This document shows, one piece after another, positions 24,521 through 37,385 of a DNA stretch of 64,000 nucleotides (its first letter is position 1; every line of letters starts with the position of its first letter). The position numbers were made by a program, and so were the translations under genes. The notes beneath the pieces are model-generated. The model saw nothing but the letters and a program-made list of their open reading frames with translations, searched no databases and had not been told where the DNA came from. Source of the stretch: Epiperipatus broadwayi (Eukaryota; Animalia; Onychophora). The stretch spans positions 9,548,001-9,612,000 of the forward strand of contig JAQFVV010000006.1 in the NCBI GenBank assembly GCA_028023455.1, given 5' to 3'.

Positions 24521-27039
24521 TATAATAAAACCAAAATTATGGTTTGAAGGATATTTCAAATATGTGAAATTGCGTTATATATAACAAAAAGTGAAATTAT
24601 CCAATCAGTATGAACACAGAGCAAAAAAAAATTACTCAGAAGTCAGGGAATTGGATAGAAAAAATTCTCACAAACGACCTTCATCCATCAACTATCATTA
24701 AGAAAATTTTAAACTGACAAAATAAAACGACAACAAAAACAATTATAGATACATTAGTGTATACAATATTTAAATACGAGTATAGTATAGATACTTTAAG
24801 CTAGGTGCAAACCAAACATTGATTATATATTATAACGATCCAGAGATAGTGAGATGTAACGTAATCTACACTACAGGGTGCCACTAGGCATTTGAACCTA
24901 GAAAATTTATAAAGTAGGCAGATACGTAAGTCAAAAAAAAATAAATTTTTTTTTAATTTAATATATTTTGATTCCGGTCATTAGCCCATTGTCACTAGCT
25001 CAGTGGAACAGCAGAGATTTATATTTTATATTAAATTCCCATCTAAGATATATAAAAAAAGAATAAAATAAGCCACTGCCAGTAATTATACACACAAACA
25101 TTTATTTACGCACATATATATATAAAATTTAACATTATTATTTTAGTATGTTTACTTTAACATTTAACATTATTTTTAACTTTTATTTTTAGATTTTAAT
25201 TTACATTTTAATTTTTATACTATTATAAGTTCGCACAGATGGATTTATAAAAGTTTGTTTTATAATGTTGAGTATAGATCGGTTACATAGATTACACGGT
25301 CAAAAACATTTCAAAATAAACATAAACGATCAAAATATAAAATCATTGGTGGAATTGCAGAGGGAAATTTATAAGAAACCCAATAGCATTCATCATAAGA
25401 TGCCGCATTGACACCAATAACTTAAAAGACATCCGAATAAATACATTTTAGATACTCACCGTAAGGTATCATTATTTACCGAATGTCTATATATTTTGAT
25501 CAAATATGAAAACCAAAAACATAATTGACCGATAACGAATCCATGCAAGCGTCTATACCCAACTTAAATTTAATGCATTTTTATTTAGAGTGTCGAGTAT
25601 GAATAGACTACATAGATTTGCATTTGAAAGAAAATATTCTATCCTTATTTAACCTTAGGCCAAAAGTTCGCAGTCAAACCAACATCAATTCATCTGATAT
25701 ATCGATGCATTCAATGTAATACGAATAAGGCAGCACAAAAGGTTAAGAGAAGAAATTGCCTCTCATCAGATAGGAATACTACATCTATCTGACAAGAAGA
25801 GCAATAAAAAAAAACTCCATAGGAAAGGACTGCGGTCATTTTGCCGACTTACGAATCACATTCCATAGGCCAAAAAGGAAGTGTGCGGCATATAAAGCGA
25901 TTCTGCCCGTAGTGAATCTCGTACTACATCTACTAATTACACCAATATATCCAATCCATTGACCTAATTTAACTATGAAACAAATAACCCAAGATTACCC
26001 TCCCCTAATATAACTTTACAAATCTATATAGCCATTCACGCCTGACTTAAGTTTAACATTTATATAATTTAATTTAACAAAAAACAAAACAGTCATAATA
26101 AAACTTAAAAGAACAAAAAAAATAAATGGAAATGATTTTACAAAAGAAATACATCAAATTAAAATTACTTATTAGTAAATAAAGTTGGTCAGATAGGATT
26201 TTATTGCAATTATTTTAAATATGGAAAGCTTTTAATTTAATGTTCATTAATTATAAAGTTCTTACGGTTTTAAACAGTTCATCTTTATCTGTTGCTTGCC
26301 ATTTGAATGTGAATTCCCACGCCGTCCTAAAAAGATTGGTATTCTGTTGGCTGTTTCATTTATTCATCTGGAGGTTTTTTACTTTAGTTGGTCCTCAATG
26401 TAGAAAATGATGTTTCATTTCTTTTTCTTTAACAACTGAAGGAATTGAAAGTGCATCTTTCAATCCCTTCACCTCCGACTCTCCACTAACACATATCTGT
26501 CCACTCGTAATAACTAACTAATAATTTCCAAACTTTTCCTTTTATATTAATTTTAAGGTTTCAATTGACATTACATCATCGATAATGATGATCCTTCCAT
26601 TAAGGTCCGATTTCCTGATGGATTTCTCTCATTTGCTATTAGTTTCTATTGTTTTCCTATCTGACCGTTGCTTATACATTTAAATGCCCAAAGGCTAGTT
26701 CACTTTGACTAATTAAAATAATCATTTCCATTTTTCAATAACATTAATTAATTTTTTTTCAAACTTAAAGATATATTTTTATCTCTAAATCTTTTTTAAG
26801 TTTTTGCTTTTAAAATACTTTTTCTATGACACTTTAAAAAAAATAAAAAATACTTTTTCTATTTTTAATAAAGTTTTATTTTAATAATTTTTTTTCATCT
26901 GTGCGATTTTATATATATATATATGAGTTTAGTATAGAATTTTAATTTTCAATTTTTAATTCTTAAAAAGGGAAGTTTTATTTGCGAACTTTTATTCTTT
27001 TCATGTTTACTAATAAAAAAAACAATGTAATGTCATCTG

Positions 27040-27200
27040 TGCCCGTTACAATATATATATATGTGGGAGATGATGATCTAGATATTATCGGAGATCATTT
27101 ATCTTTTTCACATGTATGTGGTCATATGTTTTGGTTATATAAGATGGAATGGGTGATTAACAGTAGCTTGAAAGTCTGGGTTCAAATTTTCTCTAATTAC
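27040..27200 (+). repeat. HH-E fragment with ribozyme core deleted
   Basis: gggagatgatgatctaga|tattatcggagatcatttatctttttcacatg...gaaagtctgggttcaaat. Confidence 0.75.
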
Positions 27201-27399
27201 AATAGTGTATGCAATAAACTGGATTCGAACCAATCAAAAAAAGCTGGATTTTAAAATATTTTCAGCATGGTGGATCATATCCATAATTTGAGAGAAGTTA
27301 CAGAAAGGACCAATGAATATGATTGTCATTGAGCTCCAGATTTGATTCTATAAGCATTTCTATAATGATTGAAGATTTAGATTGTCAATATATAAACCC

Positions 27400-27780
27400 A
27401 GAGTATTGCCTAATTCTAAGCAACAGTTATCAAAATGTAATAGAAGTATTGGATTACACCGTGACACTAAGATGATTAATATTGATAAGAGTATATGAAA
27501 GGATAATTCCATATTTCCAAAACTTTTTACAGCAATTTTACAAGAAGTATTTTGTTTAGCACAATGGCAAGCTAGGGGGAGAACACACATGGGAATTGTT
27601 TTTCAAATAATGTGATTGTTTTAGCAAATAATGCTTCATAGTTTCAGGAAATGTTGCAAGTTATCAGATGACAGTAAAAAAAGTAGGACTAAAATTTTTT
27701 TCAGATAATATAACTGTCTTTGCTAATAATACTTCAGAGCTTCAAGAAATGTTGCAAAGGTTATCAGGTGAAGATTAAAT
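27400..27780 (+). mobile_element. RTE-like RT fragment, degraded
   Basis: gggagaacacacatgggaattgtttttcaaataatgtgattgttttagcaaataatgct...caggaaatgttgcaa resembles the RT domain-5 region (LFADD...LANNA..LQEMLQ). Confidence 0.5.
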
Positions 27781-28149
27781 CAATGTTTGACAGATTTTTT
27801 CAGCAAAAAATAAAAATCGATAGGCATAAATTAGAATGTCACATGATCACCATTCTTCTTGCATCCATTGATTACTCTGGCTTGCTCTGAGTGGTGCTAC
27901 TGAATGGTGAGTTTGCCTCTGTGTATGAATTAAAATAATTATAAATATCTTGTGTGGATTATTAATTAAATTAATCATGAAAACAATTTAAATGAAATAC
28001 TTTTGATAGAATTAACTTAACATTGAAAGAATAGGTGCAGTTGCAGGTGAAAATGAAGATTTTTAATAGATGTATTTTTTTAGTTCATACTTACAAACAT
28101 GTCTTGTTGACATGTGACAGAACCACTCAATGAACATGAGGACATATAC

Positions 28150-28604
28150 CAGGGGTCCTCAACCCTATGCCCGCGGGCACCATGACGCCTGCAGACCATT
28201 TTATGTGTGCCCGCCGCTATCCGAACACGATAAAAAATTATTTATCTGATACAAATAAATTTAATTTTTGAATTTTTTTTATGAATTATTGTATTATATT
28301 GTAATCAAATTGTAGGGCATACTATACTTTTACAGCGTAAAAATATAAACGTCAATTATATGTTAAAATTTAATTTTTGAAATAAATATTTTTTTGTACA
28401 TTATGTGTATTATTAACAATATCCAACTATAAATTTACATGTGATGTGATGCGATGTCGTAAACGAAGTCAAGAATATCTCAGCAATTATGTCCAGATAA
28501 AAAATAAATGGTGCCCGCCACCTAGCTGAAAAAATAAATGTTGCCCGCCACCTGGCCGGTATTATGGAATGTGCTCTTAAGTGCAAAAAGGTTGGGGACC
28601 CCTG
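28150..28604. mobile_element. Non-autonomous hAT element (MITE), 455 bp
   Basis: TIRs caggggtcctcaacc / ggttggggacccctg (14 of 15); perfect 8-bp TSD acatatac (28142-28149, 28605-28612); subterminal tgcccgc repeats. Confidence 0.95.
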
Positions 28605-28612
28605 ACATATAC

Positions 28613-28895
28613 TCTGAAGGCAACAAGAAAGAATCAAAAAATGAAATAGTTGGGTGAGAAAACAACAAGTAACATGGACTTCATGGAAAAAATAAAGACA
28701 GTAAATGGAGCTTTCCTAGATATTGCTAGAAAAAATGGCAGATAAAAGTCAACCTGGATCCCAGGAAATTATAAAAGACCTAGAAAAAGACCACATGGTA
28801 AATGGATGGTTAAATGTGAAAAAGAGACGCTATAAATTGGAGAAATTACATCAAACTTTCATTCTATAATGAATCAATACTGAAAAATGATGATG
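28613..28895 (+). mobile_element. RTE LINE 3' fragment
   Basis: tggatcccaggaaattataaaagacctagaaaaagaccacatggtaaatgg = WIPGNYKRPRKRPHGKW; ends in tgatgatgatt. Confidence 0.7.
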
Positions 28896-29711
28896 ATTGT
28901 GAGTATAAACACATCAAGAATAATATACAAACTAAAAAAAAAAACAGTTATCAGTATAACACCAGAACATCTTTATAAACCATAGAATATTGTCAGGATT
29001 ATATGCTCTTCAAAACAAACTGGAATTGCTGAAAATGAAAACTACATCTGTGGATCACCACGTAATCACATCCAAACTAAATAATGAAAAGAGCAACAAA
29101 CTAACATCTAGAGAAGAAAAACAAATACTAAAGTAACAGACCATACACAGGCCAACCACTACATGTTCAATTGGAAAAATACAAAAACATTGAACAAAGA
29201 GGACATTTTTAAAAAAAATCTACTCGTGATTATAACTAATAATTCCATAAGTTTGGAAACGATCCATTAACTTTAAGAAAAACTGAAGGATATATACAGA
29301 GTAGCCTACTGTGATAAGGCATTACTTCAAGTATTTATAAATCTAAAAATCACTGGCTCAATTTATATGCTAGTGGTCATTTGTTAGGTCAGAAACCTCT
29401 GGAAAAAGAGGATAACAATGTGTTATATTCTAATCTGTATGTTTTGAATGTATTTGAAAAGTTTTAAAAAAAGTTTGAAATTTTTCTAATCACATTTAAT
29501 CATTAATAATAAAGATATCCATTGTTACATTTGCCACAATTCAATATTCCCATCTTCCCTCACCTTTGGCTCAAAAAGTTATTGCTATTTTGAAAAGCAT
29601 ATACAATGAATGGATGTATATAATTTTTGAATCATTATTAATTCATCTCAGGCTAAAGGTATCCTTAAATTTAATCTTTTTTGGTCTATAGTTTCTCCAT
29701 TTTATTTCGAC

Positions 29712-30095
29712 AAACTTTTATGACATTCACCCACCTCATATATGGTATCTTTCTGGATCTTTCATAGACTTTCGACTTCAAGTATTCATTTATTGACTAA
29801 TTCAGTTTATTTCAGTCATTTGATGCTTTCAATCAAATTAGTGATCAATGGTCATTCTCTTATTATTTTGCTTATGTTTTTCCATATATATTCCTCTTCA
29901 AATAAAACTTTTATGACCTTCACCCACCTCACATGTGGTATCTTTCTGGATCTTTCATAGACTTTTGACTTCAAGTGTTCATTTATTGACTAATTCAGCT
30001 TATTTCAGTCGTTTGATGCTTTCACTCAAATTAGTGATCAATGGTCGTTCTCTCATCATCTTGTTTATGTTTTTCGATATATATTCCTCTTAAAG
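29712..30095 (-). repeat. Tandem duplication (193 bp x2) of a degenerate RTE 3' segment
   Basis: aaacttttatgac at 29712 and 29905; reverse translation ERSRKIPHVRWVKVIK resembles the RTE terminus. Confidence 0.75.
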
Positions 30096-30204
30096 TATCC
30101 TCATAAATCATTCTTTCCTTTTCCGAATAAAACGTTTTTTTGTTTCGAAGAAAATGTGCTGCAATAAAAGTTTTACTATTAAAAAAAATCAATATGATTT
30201 TTTT

Positions 30205-30776
30205 ATTATTAAAACAGGCAAAACTCTCCATACAGTAGTGCCACTCAGTGCAAGCCAGAGTAATCAATGGATACCAGAAGGCTTGTGCATAAAATCCCTA
30301 CCTAGTGACTACTCATCCAATATTCCCAGACTAGTTTCTGGCTCGTGACCTTTGTCAGTGAGAAGCCTTGGGTCTAAGAGCACTGCACCTACATCTTACG
30401 ATCTAATGCAACACTCCAGCAGCGACATTTTATCTCTACTTAACTACAAAACTATGAGAATAAAATTGAAAACATTATTAATCTAAGCTCATTAGCTTAT
30501 ATAGTCATACAGGTCTGAATTCAGTTCAGTAACCATACATTTTGGTGTCTTTGGTTCTTTAATAACCATAGCCACCATTATCCTAAGATCTAGGTGCAGT
30601 GCTCTTAGATCCAAGGCTCCTCATTGACGAAGGCCACAACCCAGAAACTAGTCTAGGGATATTGGAAGAGTAGGCCCTAGATAGGAATTTTATGCACAAG
30701 CCTTCTGGCATCCATTGATTACTCTGGCTTGCAGTGAGTGGCACTACTGTATGGAGAATTTTGCCTGTTTTAATAA
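30205..30776. mobile_element. HH-A inverted pair with ~195-bp arms
   Basis: 30205-30402 (-) vs 30581-30776 (+); hammerheads at 30315-30372 (-) and 30609-30668 (+), both with GGC/GCC-type helix II and one core mutation. Confidence 0.85.
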
Positions 30777-31384
30777 CAGTTATAAGCAAGCATAAGAAAT
30801 AGTGATCATGTGATTTTTTTTTTAACATCAAAAATTACAAAGTAGGGCTACTGTATCTCAATCATAGACTCAACTTTGGAAAATAAAAAAGATCAGAAAT
30901 TCCACATAAGCAAAGTAGTAAACACCCCCCCCCCCCGCATGACTCAAAGCAGTTCTTAAAGAATTAAAGTAATTCTACTAATGTTTCAAACCAGGAACTA
31001 AACTATAAACGAGGAACAATAAATTTATACATATGTTAATTTCAAATGCATTAATGAAAAGATCCATTTAGAATTTTCAACTGTATTAAAAATAATAAAA
31101 TTTGAAAGATATAAATGATTTATTATTTTAAAGTTAATGCTATTTATAACTTGGGAATACATTTAATTTGAGCAATGTGTCTGAAAGTAAACAAAGCAAT
31201 ACAATAGATTAAATATAATTCACTAATTTATATTACTTCTTTTTTTATATACACTTAACGTTTATTATATTATAACGAAGTTAACTATTTATTCTTAAGT
31301 CGTATGCTGCTGTTTTATTTGAAACAGGGAGTATGTTACGTAAATGTTTATGAAAAGGGGGCTAAGAATAATTCTCAAAGCGTA

Positions 31385-31640
31385 TGCAAACAACATTTGA
31401 TAATCTCGGTATTCATACATCAGATAGATAGTTATAAAAAAAAAATAATGAACAACATATTAATAATTATTGTAATCATTCATCAGACGGATAGTTTCAA
31501 GAAAAATATGTATATAAGAATATATTCATTGTATTCATACATTATTATATTAGTATATCAAACAGATCGCTATAAGAAAAAATATATATATGTATCAAAT
31601 AAGAATATATTCGTTGTATTCATACATCAGCAGATAGCAA
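31385..31640. repeat. Degenerate ~70-bp tandem repeat
   Basis: Recurring gtattcatacatcag...gatagttataaaaaa; explains ORF 31304..31663. Confidence 0.55.
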
Positions 31641-31719
31641 AATCGCTATTTTCACAGTTATAAAAAACATAATCCGCAACTATTATCGTAAATAAAATAT
31701 TTACATAATTGAAACCACA

Positions 31720-32325
31720 TAACTTTTTAGCACCTCTACGCCACCTACTGGAAACTATAGTAACTAATGAATGGCAGATAATAGTGTTTAATAAATTATT
31801 TTCTAGTACTGACCTAACCAATATCCTCAGACTAGTTTCGAGCTTATGGCCTTCATCAGTGAGGAGCTGAAACAGCAATATGTAAGCTGGAATCATGTGA
31901 CAGGCATATGGTATACTTTAATGCAGCAGTAGAAAGGTGGACTCGGTAGTTAAAGGTTTACAGATTACAGCCCATTCTGACAATTTTGGTGCTCAAACAT
32001 CATATTGCCTTATAAACAACAACCCATTTATTATTAAATCATTGAAAGATTCACATGATTCCAACTTACACATCACTGTGTCCCCACCGCACTATTGATT
32101 TTCGCAACAGCTTTGCCTCCTAATGCAAGCTTTAATAATTAACAGATGCCAGGTGATAGTTGTTCTAAGATCCAAAAACTCTTCATTGATGAGAGCTATA
32201 ACTTAGAAACTAGTCTGGTAATATTGGATAGAGCAGCACTTGATACAAATTTATTAAGGACTGTCATATAGCATCTATTAGTTACTAAAATTTACATTAG
32301 GTGGCATAACTGTGGGGAAAGTGAA
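31720..32325. mobile_element. HH-A subfamily fold-back pair
   Basis: - copy 31720-31870, + copy 32150-32325 (degenerate core 32186-32215). Confidence 0.75.
31818..31866 (-). ncRNA. Type I hammerhead motif (HH-A), core intact
   Basis: Reverse strand: CUCCUCA-CUGAUGA-AGGC-CAUAA-GCUC-GAAAC-UA-GUC|UGAGG-AUAUUGG; CCUCA/UGAGG is a perfect proximal helix I. Confidence 0.8.
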
Positions 32326-32474
32326 TAACTTTTAGCTCTCACATCTTTTAATTTATACTGCATTAAATCATGGAGAACATAACTATTATCATTTATTTAA
32401 ATAAGATTATAAAATGTTCATAATGGGAAGTTGACTAAACTCGATATAGTCAATTACAATATAACCCCCAAAAC

Positions 32475-32870
32475 ATCTTATGATCACCATTTCCTATGCT
32501 TACACAAGCTGTTATTAACAGTAGCAAACTCTCCATGTGGTAGCTCCACCCAGTGCAAGCCTTAGTAATCAATAGATGCAAGAAATTGTGCATAAAATCC
32601 TCATCTAGTTCTTACTAATCCAATATCCCCAGACTAGTTTCTCACTTGTGGTTTAGAGCGAAGGATCTAATGCAATCCTCCAACAGCCACTTAAGTCCAG
32701 TGCTCTCAAATCCAAAGTTCTCATTGATGGAGAGAGACAAGCTAAAAACTAGTCTGAGGATAGTGTATGAATGAGCACTAGATTGGAATTTTATGCACAA
32801 ATCTTCCTGCATCCATTGATTACTAAGGCTTGCACTGGGTGGAATTACTGTATGGAGATTTTGCTACTAT
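32475..32870. mobile_element. HH-A fold-back pair
   Basis: - copy 32475-32650, + copy 32690-32870. Confidence 0.8.
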
Positions 32871-32879
32871 GAGGCTAAT

Positions 32880-34500
32880 ATTTAAAGGAAAAGGTAACAA
32901 TTATAGACCATCAAAGTTACATAAAGTTTTTACATATATGGTGGATGGAAGAGTCACAAAGTGGATGAAAGGAAATAATAGTGGGAGAAATGCAATGAGG
33001 TTTTCGATCAGGTATGCATATAGGAGATAGTTTATTTGTAGTCACAATTTACAGATATGAGTAAGAATACAATTAGACAGTTATACATAATGGTCTTTAT
33101 AGATATAGAGAAGGCATATGACATAGTAAATAGAAATAGATTGTTAGGAATGAACGGAGCTTTAGTGGCTCTTATTAAAAAATTGTATGAAAATAATTAC
33201 TATACATATCAATTAGGAAATATAAAATCAATTAAAGTTAGAAATGGAATAGGATTAAGGCAATGATGTCCTATGTCACCTATGTTGTATTTGTGAGAAA
33301 TGGAGAGAGCAATAGAAAGATTAGAAAGAGGGTAGAGATACCATTAATTGGTGGAAAGGGAGTATAGACATTATCAGATCTTTTATTTGTTGATATGTTC
33401 TTGGTACAGAAAGTAGGGAAGACATGGAAGTTATGCTGAAGACATGCACAAGGGTGAGTAAAGAGATGAAGATTAAATTCAGTGAAGAAAAGTCAAAAGT
33501 AATGATAATAATTGCTGGGGGAAAAAAAATTTTTTATTGGGGGATATAAAGTTAAGTGTAGTGAATAGGTATAATTATTTGAAATCGTTAAGTAATCAGA
33601 GAAATTGCTTGGATGAATTGGAGAAAAAATTGATAATGAAGCAAAAAAAAAAGAAAGGGACTGATAAAGAAATTATAATAAATATGATGTAGCTAGAATT
33701 GTACAGGAGTGGCAATAGCGGGGGTTAACTTATGGTAGGTAACAATGCATTGTTAGTAAAGGGGTGTTAGATTACTTAAAAAAAGTACAAAGAGAAGTAG
33801 GAAAGCATGCATTAGATGCAAATGTGTGGAAGGTAAAAGAGCCAATTCAAGGAAAAATGAGATGGTCAAGTTTTAATATGAGAGATGCAAAAGCAAAATG
33901 AAAATGTTTGGTAGATTGCAAATTTATGGATAGCCAGAAAGGTAGTACAGTATACAGATTTGGATAAGGTCTTTATGTCAGTATACTTACACAAATGGTG
34001 GGATTATTGTGTGAGGAGAATTGTTGAGTGTTATAGTGGCAAGGAATGGGATAGAAGAATAGAAACATTAATAAAGAATAGAGAGTTGGAGAACTAGTAT
34101 ACAGAGTAAAAATGTTAAATATATATAAAAGTAAAAGAAAATATTGGGTGCGAGTTAATTTATGATAATAGCAAGGAAAGTAGTTTACTGGTTAAGGCTC
34201 GAACAGGATCATTAGCAACAAGGGAATATGCCAATAAATGAAAAAATATGAGTGATTCAGTCTGAAAGTTATATAAGGACGGTATAGAAAATATTAGGCA
34301 TCTGTTAAGCGATTGTAAATGCCTATAAGTAGAAAGGGTACAAATAATGAAGTTGTGGGAGAATAAATATAAACAACATGATTATACAGAAAGTGGGTTC
34401 TTGGCTTTTATGCTGGATTGGAAAAAGTAAGGGGGATTTAGATATAAAGGCTATAGAGTTGACAAATATAATGTTGTGGAAATAGGATGGAGCCGGATAG
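32880..34500 (+). pseudogene. Non-LTR retrotransposon ORF2 fossil (RT plus C-terminal Zn-knuckle), clade not determined
   Basis: GFRSGMHIGDSLFVVT (~32999), FIDIEKAYD, GLRQ*CPMSPML, KFSEEKSKVM, SLLVKARTGSL, ENIRHLLSDC (~34290). Confidence 0.8.
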
Positions 34501-34528
34501 AGAAGAATATGGGTAAAACTTAAAGTGA

Positions 34529-34620
34529 GCAATGGAAAGGGAAGGTGGCTAACAGGTCTCTCTGGGCATAGTGGGCAATGGAAACGGAAGGTGGCTAACA
34601 GTTCTCTCTGGGCATAGTGG
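34529..34620 (+). repeat. 46-bp direct duplication at the LINE 3' end
   Basis: gcaatggaaa(g/c)ggaaggtggctaacag(g/t)tctctctgggcatagtgg x2. Confidence 0.9.
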
Positions 34621-34859
34621 CAGAGAGATTCCAGACTACGAGAAAGAAGAAACCACAGCGTGTCATATCACATCAATACTGTCAATTACAATATGAGCAT
34701 AAACCTACATTATAAGAAGTTGATAAAATAACATTAATTGAATAGTTTATTGCTTGGGAGTTGTAATCCATGAATCCTGCGCTCTAAAACCTATTATTCT
34801 ATTCATGCAATGAAAAACTGAAAGGAAATAAAAATACATTTTAAGAAATCATCTTTTTT

Positions 34860-35270
34860 AACCACCACTATGCCCCCTGTAGTTGTTTACCAGATGGTAG
34901 TGCACAATAAATTCCTATTTAGTGTTGTGCTATCTAATATACCCAGAGCAGTTTCTAGCTCCTGGCATTCATCAGTAACAAAGTTAGATCATAGAGCAGT
35001 ACCCCTTTGTTCTAGCAGCCATATTTTACTTTTCTGTTATGTTATTAAGCTATCAGCCCAAATTAAAAATATGCATAAATGGTGTCAATTTAAGTCAATT
35101 TGCCTGTACAATCATATAGATCTCAAACCAGTTCAGTATCCATTTATGATGAAAGTCATAAGCTACAAATTTCTCTGGGGATATTGGATAGATACCACAG
35201 TATAAGGATTTACTAAGTACTATTATATAACATTTATTAATTATTGAAGCTTACATTAAATGGTAAAGCA
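34860..35270. repeat. HH-A subfamily fold-back pair, degenerate
   Basis: - core ~34935-34985 (CUGAUGAAUGCCAGGAGCUAGAAACUGCUC); + remnant ~35145-35190. Confidence 0.6.
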
Positions 35271-35508
35271 GTAGTGAAAAATATTGTAAGCCAGAATTGT
35301 GATATTCTTACGAAATCATATAACAGATAAAGAATATATGGGTTTTTTTTCGCTTTTTTTTTTGGGGGTTTAAAATTTAAAAAATTTTTTTTTTAAATTT
35401 TTTATTTTTTTATAAAAAAAAAAGGAATAAAGGTGCCCTATATGAAAAGAGAAAAAAAAAAAAAAAAATTATAAAGAGGGGAAAAAAGCCATACACGCGC
35501 CCCCCGGG

Positions 35509-36075
35509 AAGCCAGAGTAATCGATGGATGCAGGAAGGTTTGTACATAAAATCCCTACCTAATTTCTACTCATCCAATATTTCCAGAATAGTTTCTACTC
35601 TGTGGCTTTTATCAGGGAGGAGCATTGGATCTGAGAGCACGGCATCTAGATATTAGAATCTAATGCAACCCTCAAGCAGCCACCTTTTATTTATTAGCTA
35701 ATTATAAAGCTGAGTGCAAATAAAACAATAAGGTTTTCAATTCAAGCTCATTAGCTTGCATAGTTGTATAAATCTGAACTCAGTTTAGCATCCATACATT
35801 TTGGTCTCTTTGATTCTTTAATAACCACAGCCAATAATCCTATTGGTCAGAATTGATTTTAAGCCACTAAATATCACATGATCACCATTTCTTATGCTAA
35901 CACAAGCTGTTTACACAGAAGCTAAACTCTCCATACAGTAGCACACGGGGGATATTGGATGAGTAGGCACTAGATAGAGATTTTATGCACAAACCTTCTT
36001 GCATCCATTGATTACTCTGGCTTGCACTGAGTGGCACTGCTGTATGGAGAGTTTAGCCTCTGTGTAAACATAAAA
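35509..36075. mobile_element. Nearly complete HH-A monomer (-) plus an inverted segment starting at the predicted cleavage site (+)
   Basis: 35509-35941 runs once round the unit (433 bp + 13 missing = ~446 bp); + segment begins at 35947 with gggggatattggatg (consensus after GUC is tggggatattggatg). Confidence 0.85.
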
Positions 36076-36449
36076 ATGGTGATCCCATATGCCATTGTTC
36101 AGGCTAGGGTATTTTGAGATTGATTGTCCTTTTATCAATATATACCTTAAAACTAGTAGAAACAGTACCTTGAGGGTGTTTAAATAAACCTTATTTGTGC
36201 AAAATAGGTACATTTAAAAGGCAACCTTCAGAATATACTTAACATTTTAATTGCAATATGTACACTTTGTTTTAGTATTATTCAAAAAACTTTTTATCAA
36301 CTTGTTCTAAAAGAAAAATCTTCAATAACTTTTAATTCTAACAAGTTAAGAATCAGGATCCATTCCAGGAAGGCACTTTTTACTTTTTTAATTGAATAAA
36401 GCTACGAGTCCAAAATCAAAACAGATATTTGCAATCCAAGCTTATTCAA

Positions 36450-36680
36450 ATTGTATAGTCATCAAGTTCTGAACCCAGTTTAGTATCCATATATATATTG
36501 GTGTCTTTGGTTCTTCAATAACTATAGCCACCATCATCCCATAGGCAGGAATGGTATTAAACAACTAAACATCATACGATCACCATTTCCTATGCTTACA
36601 CCAGTTGTTAAAACAGAAGCAAAACTCTCCGTACAGTAGTGTCACCTAGTGCAAGCCATAGTATCAATTGATTACTAAGA
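36450..36680 (-). repeat. HH-A fragment spanning the end-to-start junction of the unit
   Basis: ...gatcaccatttcctatgcttacaccagttgttaaaacagaagcaaaactctccgtacagtag... Confidence 0.8.
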
Positions 36681-37214
36681 CTTGTTAAAATCAGGATATT
36701 TTATCACAGTAAAAAAAACCATTATAATTAACTATACATGGAGCTTTCGTTCTACCCAATTTCTTGCATGAAGTGGAACTTAGACCATTTACTGATGAAT
36801 ATAAATGCATTAAAACTTTATTTAAAAATCATAAGATCCATCTGTATGTTCTTCAGTTTACTAGTTGTGATATCATAAAATTTACTGATATAAAATGATT
36901 TCTTTATTGCATGAAGTATGTCAAATGATTGAACTATGCACAACTTTTCGACAAGTCTTTTATGATGAACTCAATCATGATTTTTAAGGGAGAAGCAGAT
37001 ACATTTACATTATATTTTCTGAAAGACCCTCTATAGAAGTGCAATTTTAATTACTTTCGCTAAAAATATGTAACTGAAGATGAAATTCAATGAGGAGCTA
37101 CAATTAGACAAGGCATTGATGTACTTTAAAAAATAAATTTGTTACAAAAGGTATTTCCCTCCGCTTCTTGTAATTTTATGCAATGATTTATATACATTTA
37201 TAAAATACCATTTA

Positions 37215-37385
37215 CACCTTCATTAGTCACTATTTACAATGCAATCAAATAAAATTTATTCATTTATATTGGCTTATGATTTTAACAAGGAGTTTTGAAG
37301 AAGACCGTTGGTCGGTTGAAACTGTAAGCAAATAAAAATAAATTTTATTTGATTGCACTGTAAAAAGTAATTAATGAAGATATAA
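37215..37385. repeat. HH-D-type motif inside an inverted repeat
   Basis: ttgaagaagaccgttggtcggttgaaactgta (37295-37326); arms tttacaatgcaatcaaataaaattt / aaattttatttgattgcactgtaaa. Confidence 0.6.

Noticed and set aside
24872-24900. tacagggtgcc as a Tc1/mariner left TIR
   Set aside because: No matching right TIR or transposase was found in the window.
35340-35508. Homopolymer-rich tract next to an HH-A copy as a poly(A) tail or new element
   Set aside because: It reads like a garbled version of the HH-A start (gccatacacgcgccccccggg vs ccatacagtagtgccacccagtg) and is probably low-quality sequence or an assembly join.
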